Positions 40,474 through 49,965 of a stretch of DNA of 64,000 bases are shown here, in pieces. This DNA is from a virus: IMG/VR virus record IMGVR_UViG_3300034095_002552, positions 1-64,000 of that record, one strand, 5' to 3'. The position numbers were made by a program, and so were the translations under genes. Below the pieces are notes generated by a model. That model ran no database searches and was not told the origin of the DNA. It was given only the letters and a program-made list of their open reading frames with translations. How positions within the stretch are numbered: the first letter of the stretch is position 1; each line of letters opens with the position of its first letter.

Positions 40474-40740
40474 TTAAAGCTTACTATTTATAACCTCTAA
40501 ATATTGCATCAATTTACTTTCTTCTTTTATTGGTTTTATGCCTCTTTCGTCACAAAATTCTAACAAATGAGAAAAAGACTTTCTATCGATTTTAGGACCA
40601 CCTTCTATGATGCCTTTTCTTTTAAGTTTTTCGGCATAAAGAAAAGCGTTTACAACATTGGCAAATATTTGCAAATCCTCATCTGAATAATTTTCATAAT
40701 TATTTAAGTTTAAATTTGTTAACATAAATTTCCTTATCAA
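40474..40740 (-). CDS. hypothetical protein
   Basis: 88 aa ORF. Confidence 0.6.
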   Translation of the reverse strand: MIRKFMLTNLNLNNYENYSDEDLQIFANVVNAFLYAEKLKRKGIIEGGPKIDRKSFSHLLEFCDERGIKPIKEESKLMQYLEVINSKL

Positions 40741-40800
40741 AAAATTAGTGTAATTAAAAATTAACAGAATTTTTTGAAAATGTAAACAACTAAATAACTT

Positions 40801-41469
40801 ATGATAAAAAACGAATCATTTGGATTTGCTCCATATATTGGCCCTTGCAAAGACACCGATAACTATCAAATTGTCGGTGCTTGTAGCGATCAGCTTTCAT
40901 CAAAGCAAATTAAAAAAGCAAGAAATGGCGAGAGATCCATCAAAAAAACAAAATACAAAAAATCAGGCATTCCAAATGAATCGTTTTTAAATTATTGCAA
41001 ATTAAGAGATTTTCAAGAACAAGAACAACAGCAGCAACCGCAACCGCAACCGCAGCAAGTAACATCCCCAGAAGAAATAAAACAAGGCCAAGAAGAAATT
41101 CCTACAGAAGAAAAACCAAAAATGTGGAGTGGTAAAAAAAAAGAAGTATTGAACTATTGGAAAAATCTATCAAAAGAAGTCGATAATAAAGAAAGTCCAA
41201 TTTTGGCCAATCCAATACCATATAAATATAAAGGATCTACATATAACAAAGACGGAGTAAGATTAACTGGTAGTTCCACATTTATAAATTCAGTTCTTCC
41301 AAAATTAAAAGATATGATTTCCTACGAAGGTAAAAACTCCAAGCTTTCTTTAATTTACAAAGAAATAACACCAGAAGAAGATTTAAAAATCGGAAATCGT
41401 TCTTTCGCTTTATATATAAAAACAAAAGAACGAGGCCCAAAAGCAAAGGAAAGATATGGCAAAGCCTAA
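40801..41469 (+). CDS. hypothetical protein
   Basis: 222 aa, Q/P-rich linker, CTAAATA just upstream. Confidence 0.7.
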   Translation: MIKNESFGFAPYIGPCKDTDNYQIVGACSDQLSSKQIKKARNGERSIKKTKYKKSGIPNESFLNYCKLRDFQEQEQQQQPQPQPQQVTSPEEIKQGQEEIPTEEKPKMWSGKKKEVLNYWKNLSKEVDNKESPILANPIPYKYKGSTYNKDGVRLTGSSTFINSVLPKLKDMISYEGKNSKLSLIYKEITPEEDLKIGNRSFALYIKTKERGPKAKERYGKA

Positions 41470-41710
41470 AGAAACTAAGAAATCATCAAGTAAAGTTGAC
41501 ACTAACTTACAAAAAGCAATTATCGATATCGCTTCTGGCTTAGAAAAATCATTCAAGAAGTTTTCACGCAATACCAGAGAAAAGGCATGGAAGAGAATCA
41601 CAAGTGCCGATGGAGAAAAAGAAGTTAAAAAAATATTACAAGATCCAGAAAGACAACTTAGCATTTTTGCAAAATTAACTTTCAAAGAGTGGATTTCCCT
41701 AAACGCCTAA
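41456..41710 (+). CDS. hypothetical protein
   Basis: 84 aa, ends in LTFKEWI. Confidence 0.6.
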   Translation: MAKPKETKKSSSKVDTNLQKAIIDIASGLEKSFKKFSRNTREKAWKRITSADGEKEVKKILQDPERQLSIFAKLTFKEWISLNA

Positions 41711-41829
41711 ATTGACCAATTTGTTAACTTTTAAATTATAATTCACATATTGTTTAGTATAATCCTTTATGCTATATTGCTACTGTATTATCGCATTTGG
41801 CGATATTTTCTCGCATAAAGGATATTCTT

Positions 41830-42873
41830 ATGTTTTCGTTAATTGCAGGATGTATTTTGGCATTTTCACAACAAGATTCATATAAATTATTGTCTCAAGA
41901 AAAACATGATATTCTTGCCTCTCATATTCCTGATAGCAAAGATCTTATTTTGAATAAGATAAAAAATAATTCAAAGTTATTGATATACACCGACAAAGAA
42001 ATTCCATCTGCATATCAAGATTGGACCAGTCAATTGTCAGGAATTCATTCCCCAACATACAATATTTCCGCAGCAAAACCCCAAGAAAAATTCGGAAATC
42101 CAAATGTTGAATTTCCATGGGGAAAACCTGCTGGAACAGAAAATGTCTCAGAATCTAATTTCACTTCATTTAAATTCATTTTGCTTCCACCAGATCGACA
42201 AATTGAAATAACTAGAAAATATTTGTCTGGTGATAGGAGACCTTCTTATATTTGGTCGTTTCCAACTAATACAATTGTTGGAGAAGTTCTACAAATGTAC
42301 TATAAAGAAAAGTATTATACATTTGAAGTTCGTCTAAGAACTAAAGAAAATAGTGATTGGAGAATTAGCGTTTATCGTCCATTCTCAACACTTAAAGAAT
42401 TTGCGAATTTCTGTAGGGCTGATGGCATTCAAGTTTATTATCACGATCAAAGAATCGTGCAATCACATCAAATATTCCAAGGTGATGTTATGGCAACTTC
42501 TTTGGATTCAATACCAGAAGCCCTAGTCAAAAAGGCTTTACGAGAAAAATTTGTCAATGTTTTAGGACAAGAGTGGCACAATGATTCCCACGCTCCAACA
42601 ACTGATAGTGAATTCCATATTATTCCAAAGAATTATCGTGCAGCAACCATTGCGATAAACAGCAAATCATGCATTCGATGCCATGAATCGATATTGAAAC
42701 ATGCCAATGATTTTGACTTTGCCCGTGATTGGTACGGAAGAGTAAGAGGAAGTGATGGAATATTTTCATTTCATCCATTCGAACCAAGCTCCATATCATA
42801 TGGTGGCTTTTATCAAGGCGAAAAAATACGAGAAGATTTTTTGAAAAATAAAATTGTAAAATTTTTAGATTAA
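41830..42873 (+). CDS. exported protein with CxxCH heme-binding motif (c-type cytochrome-like)
   Basis: hydrophobic N-terminus MFSLIAGCILAFSQ, SCIRCHES motif, FPTNTIVGEVL segment. Confidence 0.55.
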   Translation: MFSLIAGCILAFSQQDSYKLLSQEKHDILASHIPDSKDLILNKIKNNSKLLIYTDKEIPSAYQDWTSQLSGIHSPTYNISAAKPQEKFGNPNVEFPWGKPAGTENVSESNFTSFKFILLPPDRQIEITRKYLSGDRRPSYIWSFPTNTIVGEVLQMYYKEKYYTFEVRLRTKENSDWRISVYRPFSTLKEFANFCRADGIQVYYHDQRIVQSHQIFQGDVMATSLDSIPEALVKKALREKFVNVLGQEWHNDSHAPTTDSEFHIIPKNYRAATIAINSKSCIRCHESILKHANDFDFARDWYGRVRGSDGIFSFHPFEPSSISYGGFYQGEKIREDFLKNKIVKFLD

Positions 42874-42884
42874 TGATTAAATTT

Positions 42885-42919
42885 AAAACGCCTAACAAAA
42901 ACATGTTGGGCGTTTTTTT
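42885..42919 (+). terminator. intrinsic terminator
   Basis: aaaacgcctaaca/tgttgggcgtttt plus T-run. Confidence 0.8.
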
Positions 42920-42921
42920 GT

Positions 42922-42950
42922 TTGCGTAAATTGTATTTTTAAAATATAAT
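42922..42950 (+). promoter_or_regulatory. sigma70-like early promoter
   Basis: TTGCGT-N17-TATAAT right after the terminator, upstream of 42975. Confidence 0.6.
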
Positions 42951-42974
42951 CAATTTTTATTTTAAGGACTTCAA

Positions 42975-43250
42975 ATGACAAAAACTGATTTTAATTACAT
43001 ACATTGCCATTTGCTTAAAATTGTGAATAAAAAAGACGAAGACTTTTCTCCTTTTGGAAATAAAGAAAAAAATCAATTTGGAGATTGCTCTCAAGAATGT
43101 AGTCATTTTTTAAAGTTGAGTGGAGAAATTGGCAATGATTGGGGTGTTTGTACAAATGAAAAAAGTCATCGTTGTGGCCTTTTAACAAATGAACATCAAG
43201 GTTGTGAATTCCACGCTACAAATGAAATAATTGGAAAAAGTGGCCAATGA
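42975..43250 (+). CDS. DUF3027-like Cys-rich protein
   Basis: CSQECSHFLKLSG...WGVCTN...GLLTNEHQGCEFH. Confidence 0.6.
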   Translation: MTKTDFNYIHCHLLKIVNKKDEDFSPFGNKEKNQFGDCSQECSHFLKLSGEIGNDWGVCTNEKSHRCGLLTNEHQGCEFHATNEIIGKSGQ

Positions 43251-43597
43251 TTGCAATCATTTATACAGACGGTGTGATCAAATGTGATGATCTGAAAAAT
43301 GAATGCCAACAACAAAAATGGATACCCATTACAGTTTACAAAGATAAAAATGATAACATCACTGTTATTTGTTTCGAAGATGCAAAAATTGCAAAACAAT
43401 TTGCAAAAAGAAATTTCCCAAAGGAATGGATAAAAGGAGCAATATCACTTTCTGATGACGATATTGAATATATTAAAAATAAAAACTGGAAAATTGAAAT
43501 TATGACCTATCCTCGATTGCTTAATTCCCATAATGAATATAAACTAGGTTTTGAAATAATTGATTTTGCAGATGAACCCAAAATGCTGTACGCATAA
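43247..43597 (+). CDS. hypothetical protein
   Basis: 116 aa, ATGA overlap with the upstream gene. Confidence 0.65.
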   Translation: MIAIIYTDGVIKCDDLKNECQQQKWIPITVYKDKNDNITVICFEDAKIAKQFAKRNFPKEWIKGAISLSDDDIEYIKNKNWKIEIMTYPRLLNSHNEYKLGFEIIDFADEPKMLYA

Positions 43598-43610
43598 AAA
43601 AGGAGACGAC

Positions 43611-43823
43611 ATGCCTGAAAACTTTTTAATTGGTGCTTTAGGATCTTTAATGTTTGGATTTATTGGAATGGTTCTATTGTTTGTTTCTTATTTCTCTTTT
43701 GATTTTTTTCTTAAAAAAGTCGATATTTCAGAAGAATTAAACAAAGGAAATATTTCTGTGGCCATTGTAGTTGCATCATTGTTGATATCCATAGCCTTGA
43801 TAATATCGTCTGTCGTTCATTAG
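43611..43823 (+). CDS. DUF350 family membrane protein
   Basis: two TM helices and EELNKGNISVAIVVAS; AGGAG SD before 43611. Confidence 0.8.
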   Translation: MPENFLIGALGSLMFGFIGMVLLFVSYFSFDFFLKKVDISEELNKGNISVAIVVASLLISIALIISSVVH

Positions 43824-43832
43824 AAAGCCAAA

Positions 43833-44921
43833 ATGCAATTAACTGATGAGCAAAAAAATATCATAAGAAGCATTTTAAAAGAATTAGATGTAAATCCTTT
43901 TATAAGTATGGGTGGCTATGCTGGAACGGGCAAAACAACATGTGTCGCCACAATCCAAGAAGCTTTAAAAGCTAAAAAGAGAAAATTTTTAGTCTGTGCC
44001 TATACTGGAAAGGCTACTAATGTTCTTAGAAATAAGGGCATATCAGCCTCCACTATACACAGCACGATTTATAAACCAATTAAAAATTCAAATGATGATA
44101 CTATTGAATGGGTTTTAAAATCAAATTTTGAATTAGACGATTGTGAAGGATTTATCATAGACGAAGCATCTATGGTTAGTGAAGAAATACATAAAGATTT
44201 ACTTACCTACAATCTTCCAATACTCTATGTTGGTGATCATGGCCAGCTTGAACCAATTGGTGGAAAATTTAACTTAATGCTAGAGCCACATTTTAAGCTT
44301 GAAACTGTTCACAGAAATGCTGGTGAAATTGCTCATTTTGCGGAACATTTAAGAAGTGGACTACCAAGCACTTCGTTCAAAGGCAGTAATAAAGTTCAAA
44401 TTGTAAAAGAATCTGCAATTAAAGAAAAGCATTTGGCCCAAGTTGACCAAATCATATGTGCTTTTAATAAAACTAGAATTTTCATAAATGAAAAAGTAAG
44501 AGAATTTAAAAAAATAAATTACACTTATGTTGCGATAGATGAAAAGATTATATGCTTGCGAAACAAAAAAAAAGAAGGACTATTCAATGGAATGCAAGGA
44601 GTTGTAACCAAACTCAATAAAAATGCAGAAAGATTCAATTTTGTCTCACAAGGAATACATTTCAAAAATATTCTTTATGATCCAAATCAATGGGGAAAAG
44701 AAAAAAGTGATTTTAAATTTTATCAAGAAGAAAATCCTTTTGACTATGCTTATGCAATAACGGCACATAAGTCTCAAGGAGATGAATTTGACTCTGTAAT
44801 TGTATATGAAGAAAAATGTAATGAGTGGGATCACAAAAAATGGTGCTATACAGCAGCAAGCAGAGCTAAACATAACATTATTTGGGTAGCAAGATCAAAC
44901 TATGTTCCAACATATCTTTAA
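43833..44921 (+). CDS. SF1B helicase, Dda/RecD-like
   Basis: GYAGTGKT, AYTGKA, IIDEASM, VGDHGQL, YAITAHKSQG, YTAASRA. Confidence 0.92.
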   Translation: MQLTDEQKNIIRSILKELDVNPFISMGGYAGTGKTTCVATIQEALKAKKRKFLVCAYTGKATNVLRNKGISASTIHSTIYKPIKNSNDDTIEWVLKSNFELDDCEGFIIDEASMVSEEIHKDLLTYNLPILYVGDHGQLEPIGGKFNLMLEPHFKLETVHRNAGEIAHFAEHLRSGLPSTSFKGSNKVQIVKESAIKEKHLAQVDQIICAFNKTRIFINEKVREFKKINYTYVAIDEKIICLRNKKKEGLFNGMQGVVTKLNKNAERFNFVSQGIHFKNILYDPNQWGKEKSDFKFYQEENPFDYAYAITAHKSQGDEFDSVIVYEEKCNEWDHKKWCYTAASRAKHNIIWVARSNYVPTYL

Positions 44922-45031
44922 TATTTTATTTGAAATAAAATTGATATGGTGGTAAAGTTTAAAAATAATTTTATAATTTTCCATACGAGATTAAGTTTCA
45001 TCACCTCTATTTTTTAAAGAAAGTTAATTTC

Positions 45032-45616
45032 ATGAAATATGTATCAATAGACATAGAAACAACTGGGATAAACCCTTTGGTTAATGACATTATTGAATTT
45101 GCTGCTGTAATAGATGATACTAATGCAAAAGTTCCGATTGAAAATTTACCTAAGTTTCACAGGTATATTAAAAAAGAAGGAACATATAATTTTGACGCTC
45201 AAGCGGTTGTGATGCACAAAAGAATATTTGAAAAAATATTACAAAATGGAGATGATTGCATTTATATTGATGATTTAATGTATGCCTTTGGTAATTTTTT
45301 ACAAGATAATGATATTCCTCCAAATCGTTATGGAAAAATAGCTTTAAATGTAGCTGGTAAAAATTTCGGCAGCTTTGATTACCAGTTCTTAAAAGAAAAA
45401 ATAAAACAAGAAAATTGGAACAATATTATTTTTAGAAGTCGATTTATTGATCCTGCAATTTTATATTTTGAAAATGAAGACTATGCTTTACCAGATTTAG
45501 AAACTTGCGTCAAAAGATATCAGAGACAATCAGGGCAAAAATACAATTGGGATAGCCATACAGCTTTAGATGATGCAATGGAAATTATAAAGTTGGTAAG
45601 ATACAAAATCATATAG
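45032..45616 (+). CDS. DEDDh 3'-5' exonuclease
   Basis: SIDIETTG, GKNFGSFD, HTALDDA. Confidence 0.88.
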   Translation: MKYVSIDIETTGINPLVNDIIEFAAVIDDTNAKVPIENLPKFHRYIKKEGTYNFDAQAVVMHKRIFEKILQNGDDCIYIDDLMYAFGNFLQDNDIPPNRYGKIALNVAGKNFGSFDYQFLKEKIKQENWNNIIFRSRFIDPAILYFENEDYALPDLETCVKRYQRQSGQKYNWDSHTALDDAMEIIKLVRYKII

Positions 45617-45950
45617 AATTTCCAATACAATTAGTAATTGATTTACCAAACATATCTTTTTGTTTATCAATATAATCTTGTGCATAATTTCTAGCTTCTA
45701 ATTCACTAATAAGTTCAGATTCATTATATAATGAATTTAATGAATCTTGATAAATTGGAATATATTTATTATTCTTGTTATTTAATATGACTTTTTTAAC
45801 AGCTATCTTTTCTAATATTCCTTTTATTGCCTTTGGCTTTATGTAAACAACGGATCTTTCTCCCCATTTATAGAAAATATAAATATTTTTTTCCATTCTT
45901 GAACAGCCACTAATATTTACTGTTCCACTACAATCGTAATAAAAAATCAT
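45609..45950 (-). CDS. hypothetical protein
   Basis: 113 aa ORF. Confidence 0.6.
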   Translation of the reverse strand: MIFYYDCSGTVNISGCSRMEKNIYIFYKWGERSVVYIKPKAIKGILEKIAVKKVILNNKNNKYIPIYQDSLNSLYNESELISELEARNYAQDYIDKQKDMFGKSITNCIGNSI

Positions 45951-45951
45951 T

Positions 45952-46341
45952 TTAAACCTTTATAATTTTTTTGCCTTGATATGTTGGTAAGTTTTCAATT
46001 GGTCTATCTAAGCATTTTTGCAAAGAACATAAACAATCTGCACAATCATTTTTAATTTCTTTTCTATTTACAAAAATTTTGCTATTTTTAAAACTGCTGT
46101 TTATTTTTCCAGTTTTTGCAAAATAAGTAATCTCATCGTTAGAAGATACATGAACCCCAGTTATTGTCCAAGGATATCCATTTAAGTCGTATCCAGTTGA
46201 TCCTATATTAAATTTAACCAATTTGCTAAATTTATATTCAGTAAATGATTCGATTGAATCGCCATAAATAATTACACCACCAGAACCTTGAATAATATAT
46301 TTTTTACTCAAGTTCTGCATAATCCATTGAATCAACGGCAT
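45952..46341 (-). CDS. hypothetical protein
   Basis: 129 aa ORF with GAGGTG SD. Confidence 0.6.
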   Translation of the reverse strand: MPLIQWIMQNLSKKYIIQGSGGVIIYGDSIESFTEYKFSKLVKFNIGSTGYDLNGYPWTITGVHVSSNDEITYFAKTGKINSSFKNSKIFVNRKEIKNDCADCLCSLQKCLDRPIENLPTYQGKKIIKV

Positions 46342-46439
46342 AATTTCACCTCAAAAATATATAATCTTTTCAAAAAAATAATTATTAGATAGTTGGAAAC
46401 AAATTGACCAAAAATACTATAAAAATAAATATATAACAT

Positions 46440-46805
46440 ATGAATTTCAAAGAATGGTTAAAAAAAGAAATGGCATCCTTTATGGTTCCTGATAGTTTAC
46501 ACCTAACAGTTCCAATTGGAGATAATTTAGAAAAAGTTATTGGCGTTGATATGTTTTTTGAAAAAAATCCAAAAACAATCGATAAGTTTAGCAATACTGT
46601 AATGAATCAAGGTTCAAAGTTTATTGCAAAAGTTCCTCACGGAAATAAGTATTTTGTCTACAACGGACTTGATGGAATATCAGATAGTTTAATATCAAAA
46701 GAAGAAGCAGAAGAATTGGAAGAAGGAGAATATAACCTTCTTGATGATAATTGGTGGAAAAAAGCCATGGTAATTGGGTCTGATATGCAACCATTAGATG
46801 TCTAA
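46440..46805 (+). CDS. hypothetical protein, possible internal head protein
   Basis: MNFKEWLKKE-MA N-terminus; ATAAATA upstream. Confidence 0.6.
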   Translation: MNFKEWLKKEMASFMVPDSLHLTVPIGDNLEKVIGVDMFFEKNPKTIDKFSNTVMNQGSKFIAKVPHGNKYFVYNGLDGISDSLISKEEAEELEEGEYNLLDDNWWKKAMVIGSDMQPLDV

Positions 46806-46853
46806 ATTCATAATCATAGCATATATATAAAAGAATCAATCAAGGAGAACAAC

Positions 46854-47438
46854 ATGGCAGACTCTATGTATCATCAAAGAATAGGACTTACCTTTAAAAA
46901 CAGGTATCCAGAGATATTTGATTATTGTTCCAAAATGAAGAACGGTAATGTAAAAATAATGTCTTTTGGCTGCTCTATCGGAACCGAATGCTCGGATCTC
47001 AGAAGTTATTTCCCAGATGCCACCATAGTTGGTGTTGACATCAACGAAAAACTATTGGAAATAGCAAAAAAAAGAAACCCAAACGAAAAAACAATCTATG
47101 ACACGAGTACTGAAGCCCATAGCGGTTTCGACTTCATATTCTGCATGACTGTCCTTTGCAGCTACCCAAAAACAAGAAACCTGAAAAACTGCGGAGAAGT
47201 ATATCCTTTCTCGAAATTCGAGGAAACAGTTCTTTCTCTGGTTGGTAAGTTGAATGACGAAGGAAGTATCGTTATATGCAATTCGAACTTTAGATTCGCA
47301 GATGTCAGTTGTGCCTCTTCATTCGAGGCGATATCTATTGAAAACAAGAAACCAATCATAAATGTTCCTAAATTCGACAATCAAAACAACATATGTGAAG
47401 AAGACTATCCGTTCTGTATTTTCAAAAAAACTAAGTAG
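46854..47438 (+). CDS. class I SAM-dependent methyltransferase
   Basis: IMSFGCSIGTE motif I, IVGVDIN, FDFIFCM. Confidence 0.8.
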   Translation: MADSMYHQRIGLTFKNRYPEIFDYCSKMKNGNVKIMSFGCSIGTECSDLRSYFPDATIVGVDINEKLLEIAKKRNPNEKTIYDTSTEAHSGFDFIFCMTVLCSYPKTRNLKNCGEVYPFSKFEETVLSLVGKLNDEGSIVICNSNFRFADVSCASSFEAISIENKKPIINVPKFDNQNNICEEDYPFCIFKKTK

Positions 47439-47446
47439 GAGTTAAA

Positions 47447-48937
47447 ATGGCAGATAATCAACTTTGGGCATGGGGAGAGGGAAGTGCAGGACAATTAGGA
47501 GATGGAACGGAAGTAAACAAATCGTCTCCTGTTCAAGTCTCTGGTTCCAACTCCAACTGGAGAAGCGTTTTTAGTGGTCTTTTTCATACTGTTGGCATCA
47601 AAAAAGACAACACCCTATGGACTTGGGGTGTCAATTATGCAGGACAATTAGGAAATGGAACCATCGACAATAGCTCGTTACCGATACAAATTGGAGAATC
47701 TAATTGGAGCCAGTCTTCATGTGGTGGTTTCCATACAATAGCAATAAAGACTGATGGAACGCTATGGTCTTGGGGCGAAGGTTCGTTTGGCGAACTCGGA
47801 GACGAAACAACAACAGGTAGATCTTCACCAGTACAAGTCGGCAACCAAACGACTTGGAAGCAAGTTTCGAGTGGTGTTTTTACCGTTTCAGCAATAAAGA
47901 CCGATGGAACGCTTTGGTCTTGGGGCGAAGGTCTTTCTGGACAAGTAGGGAACGGAGAAACAGGAGTATGGAGTTCGCCAGTACAAGTCGGCAACCAAAC
48001 GACTTGGAAGCAGGTTGCTAATGGCTATAATCACACCGCAGCAATAAAGACCGATGGCTCGTTATGGGCTTGGGGAGAGAATTACTTGGGTCGATTGGGA
48101 GATGGAACGACAGATGATAGATCATCTCCAGTACAGATTGGGAACGAAACAAACTGGAAGCAAGTAGATTGCGGAGGCACACATACGGCTGCGATAAAAA
48201 CGAACGGAACACTTTGGGCTTGGGGCGAAGGTTCAGATGGACAATTAGGAAATGGACAGACAAATTCTTTTTCTTCCCCGATACAGGTAGGAAACGGAAG
48301 CAATTGGTCGAAGGTTTCCTGCGGATCAGACTTTACCTGTGCTGTTAAGACCGACAAGACCATGTGGACTTGGGGAGAGAATTATAATGGTAAATTGGGA
48401 GATGGAACGACAGAAGACAAATCATCACCAGTCCAGATAAGTGGCGAAAAATATTGGGGAGATGTGGATTGTGGCTCTTACCACGCCATGGCTATAACTA
48501 GTAATCCTCCAGCAAGGTTCAATTTTGTACATCCGACTTATAAATTCGAAGTGGTTACATATACACCAGAAAGCCTAATAGCTCTGGCTCCTTATCCAGA
48601 CTCATTAGAGCATCTGATTTTGAACCTACAGGCTCAGGAAGTAGTAATCAACAACAAAAGTTACAGGCATGGAGATCAGTTCACGGAATTTGGTTCAAGA
48701 GCCATACGACTCAAACAATTGTATGTTGATTCCAGCAATCCCGTACTGAAAATAGTTTGTGACGCTGGTTACAGATTTGAGAATAACAGATGCGTTCTTG
48801 ATTGCCTTGAAAGCGAAACGGCATGCAGTGGCGTTTGTTCCGATCTGCTTACTGATAATGACAATTGCGGAGAGTGTGGTAATGTTTGTCCAGATGGATT
48901 TGCATGCACAAATGGAGTTTGTGCAACACCATCATAA
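47447..48937 (+). CDS. RCC1/BLIP-II repeat beta-propeller protein with Cys-rich C-terminus
   Basis: seven (I/V)KTDG.LW.WG.N/G..GQLG.G...SSPVQ repeats; C-terminal C.DL.TD.DNCG.CG..C....C..G.C. Confidence 0.9.
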   Translation: MADNQLWAWGEGSAGQLGDGTEVNKSSPVQVSGSNSNWRSVFSGLFHTVGIKKDNTLWTWGVNYAGQLGNGTIDNSSLPIQIGESNWSQSSCGGFHTIAIKTDGTLWSWGEGSFGELGDETTTGRSSPVQVGNQTTWKQVSSGVFTVSAIKTDGTLWSWGEGLSGQVGNGETGVWSSPVQVGNQTTWKQVANGYNHTAAIKTDGSLWAWGENYLGRLGDGTTDDRSSPVQIGNETNWKQVDCGGTHTAAIKTNGTLWAWGEGSDGQLGNGQTNSFSSPIQVGNGSNWSKVSCGSDFTCAVKTDKTMWTWGENYNGKLGDGTTEDKSSPVQISGEKYWGDVDCGSYHAMAITSNPPARFNFVHPTYKFEVVTYTPESLIALAPYPDSLEHLILNLQAQEVVINNKSYRHGDQFTEFGSRAIRLKQLYVDSSNPVLKIVCDAGYRFENNRCVLDCLESETACSGVCSDLLTDNDNCGECGNVCPDGFACTNGVCATPS

Positions 48938-48941
48938 CATT

Positions 48942-49610
48942 ATGACATTACCATTTCAAAAAAATGATTTAAAAAGAAACTATCAATGTTTCGTATGCGG
49001 AAAAAGATTTGATATTTATGATGAATATTCAAATCACATAATTACATCTCATGAAGAGGGCAGAGAATTTGTAGTCTGCCCTCTCAGTCGTTGTAAAGCT
49101 CCTGTAAGGGATATCAGAACTCACTTTGCATCAAAACACAAAGATGAAAAAATTCCAAAAAATGGCCAAATGAAAGCTACTATTTGGAAAGACATTAACA
49201 ATAAAACTGGTAAAGTTACGCAAAGAAAACCAAAATTTAGAGAGGGATATTTTATATCGGGAAAAAATCAAAAAGAAATGCATTATCGTAGTGGGTATGA
49301 ATGTGAAGTGTATGAATGTCTTGAATCTATTTTAGAAGTTATAAAATATGATGTCGAACCATTCAAAGTTGATTATATTTTTGAAGGAGATAGACATGAA
49401 TACAATCCAGATCTAAGTATTTTTTTTAGTGACGGAAGAGTTGAAATTTGGGAAATAAAACCAGCAAACCAAACACAACTTCCAAAAAATCATGCCAAAT
49501 GGGCAGCTTGCCAATCATATTGTGAAGCCAGAGGATGGTCATTTATGGTAATGACTGAAGTAGGGATAGGAAAATTAAAAAAAGCTGCGAGAGATTCTAA
49601 TCGCCTTTAA
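48942..49610 (+). CDS. TnsA-like endonuclease / T4 gp4-like head completion protein with N-terminal C2H2 zinc fingers
   Basis: CFVC..H..H and CPLSRC..H..H; YRSGYE, YNPDL, EIKP, KWAACQSYC..GWSFMVMTE; probable start 48942. Confidence 0.75.
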   Translation: MTLPFQKNDLKRNYQCFVCGKRFDIYDEYSNHIITSHEEGREFVVCPLSRCKAPVRDIRTHFASKHKDEKIPKNGQMKATIWKDINNKTGKVTQRKPKFREGYFISGKNQKEMHYRSGYECEVYECLESILEVIKYDVEPFKVDYIFEGDRHEYNPDLSIFFSDGRVEIWEIKPANQTQLPKNHAKWAACQSYCEARGWSFMVMTEVGIGKLKKAARDSNRL

Positions 49611-49965
49611 TTATTCTTATACTATCACTATCTTCATGATGCGTAGAAAATTCTATAATTTTAGCTCCATTTTTTCCAGCAATCATTTGATGTCTCAAGC
49701 CAGTAGGAACATGAAAAGACATTCCTTCTTTTAAAATAATTGACTTTAATTCTTCTCCGCCCCATCCATATAACATTTCTATATCATTTTCCAAAATAAA
49801 TAAAACCTCATCCTTTATAGCGTGATAATGGACAGAGCATTTCTTTTTTGGATTAAAAAAAAGAATTTTACCACAATATTTTTCATTATTACATATCCAT
49901 TGTTCATGCCCCCAACCCTTTGCCACAATAATATTTGGATGTAATGTGTAATTAGTTACTGACAT
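49597..49965 (-). CDS. cupin (sugar isomerase-like)
   Basis: KGWGHE, CSVHYHAIKDE, HVPTGLRHQM, EFSTHH. Confidence 0.75.
   Translation of the reverse strand: MSVTNYTLHPNIIVAKGWGHEQWICNNEKYCGKILFFNPKKKCSVHYHAIKDEVLFILENDIEMLYGWGGEELKSIILKEGMSFHVPTGLRHQMIAGKNGAKIIEFSTHHEDSDSIRIIKGD

Noticed and set aside
47447-48937. Diversity-generating retroelement target or template in the RCC1 repeats
   Set aside because: Differences between copies are not adenine-specific and no reverse transcriptase is present in the window
48759-49610. Tn7-like transposon suggested by the TnsA-like domain
   Set aside because: No tnsB/C or terminal repeats; this domain is common in T4-like phages as the gp4 head completion protein, and the 48759-48941 extension is a shadow of the RCC1 gene
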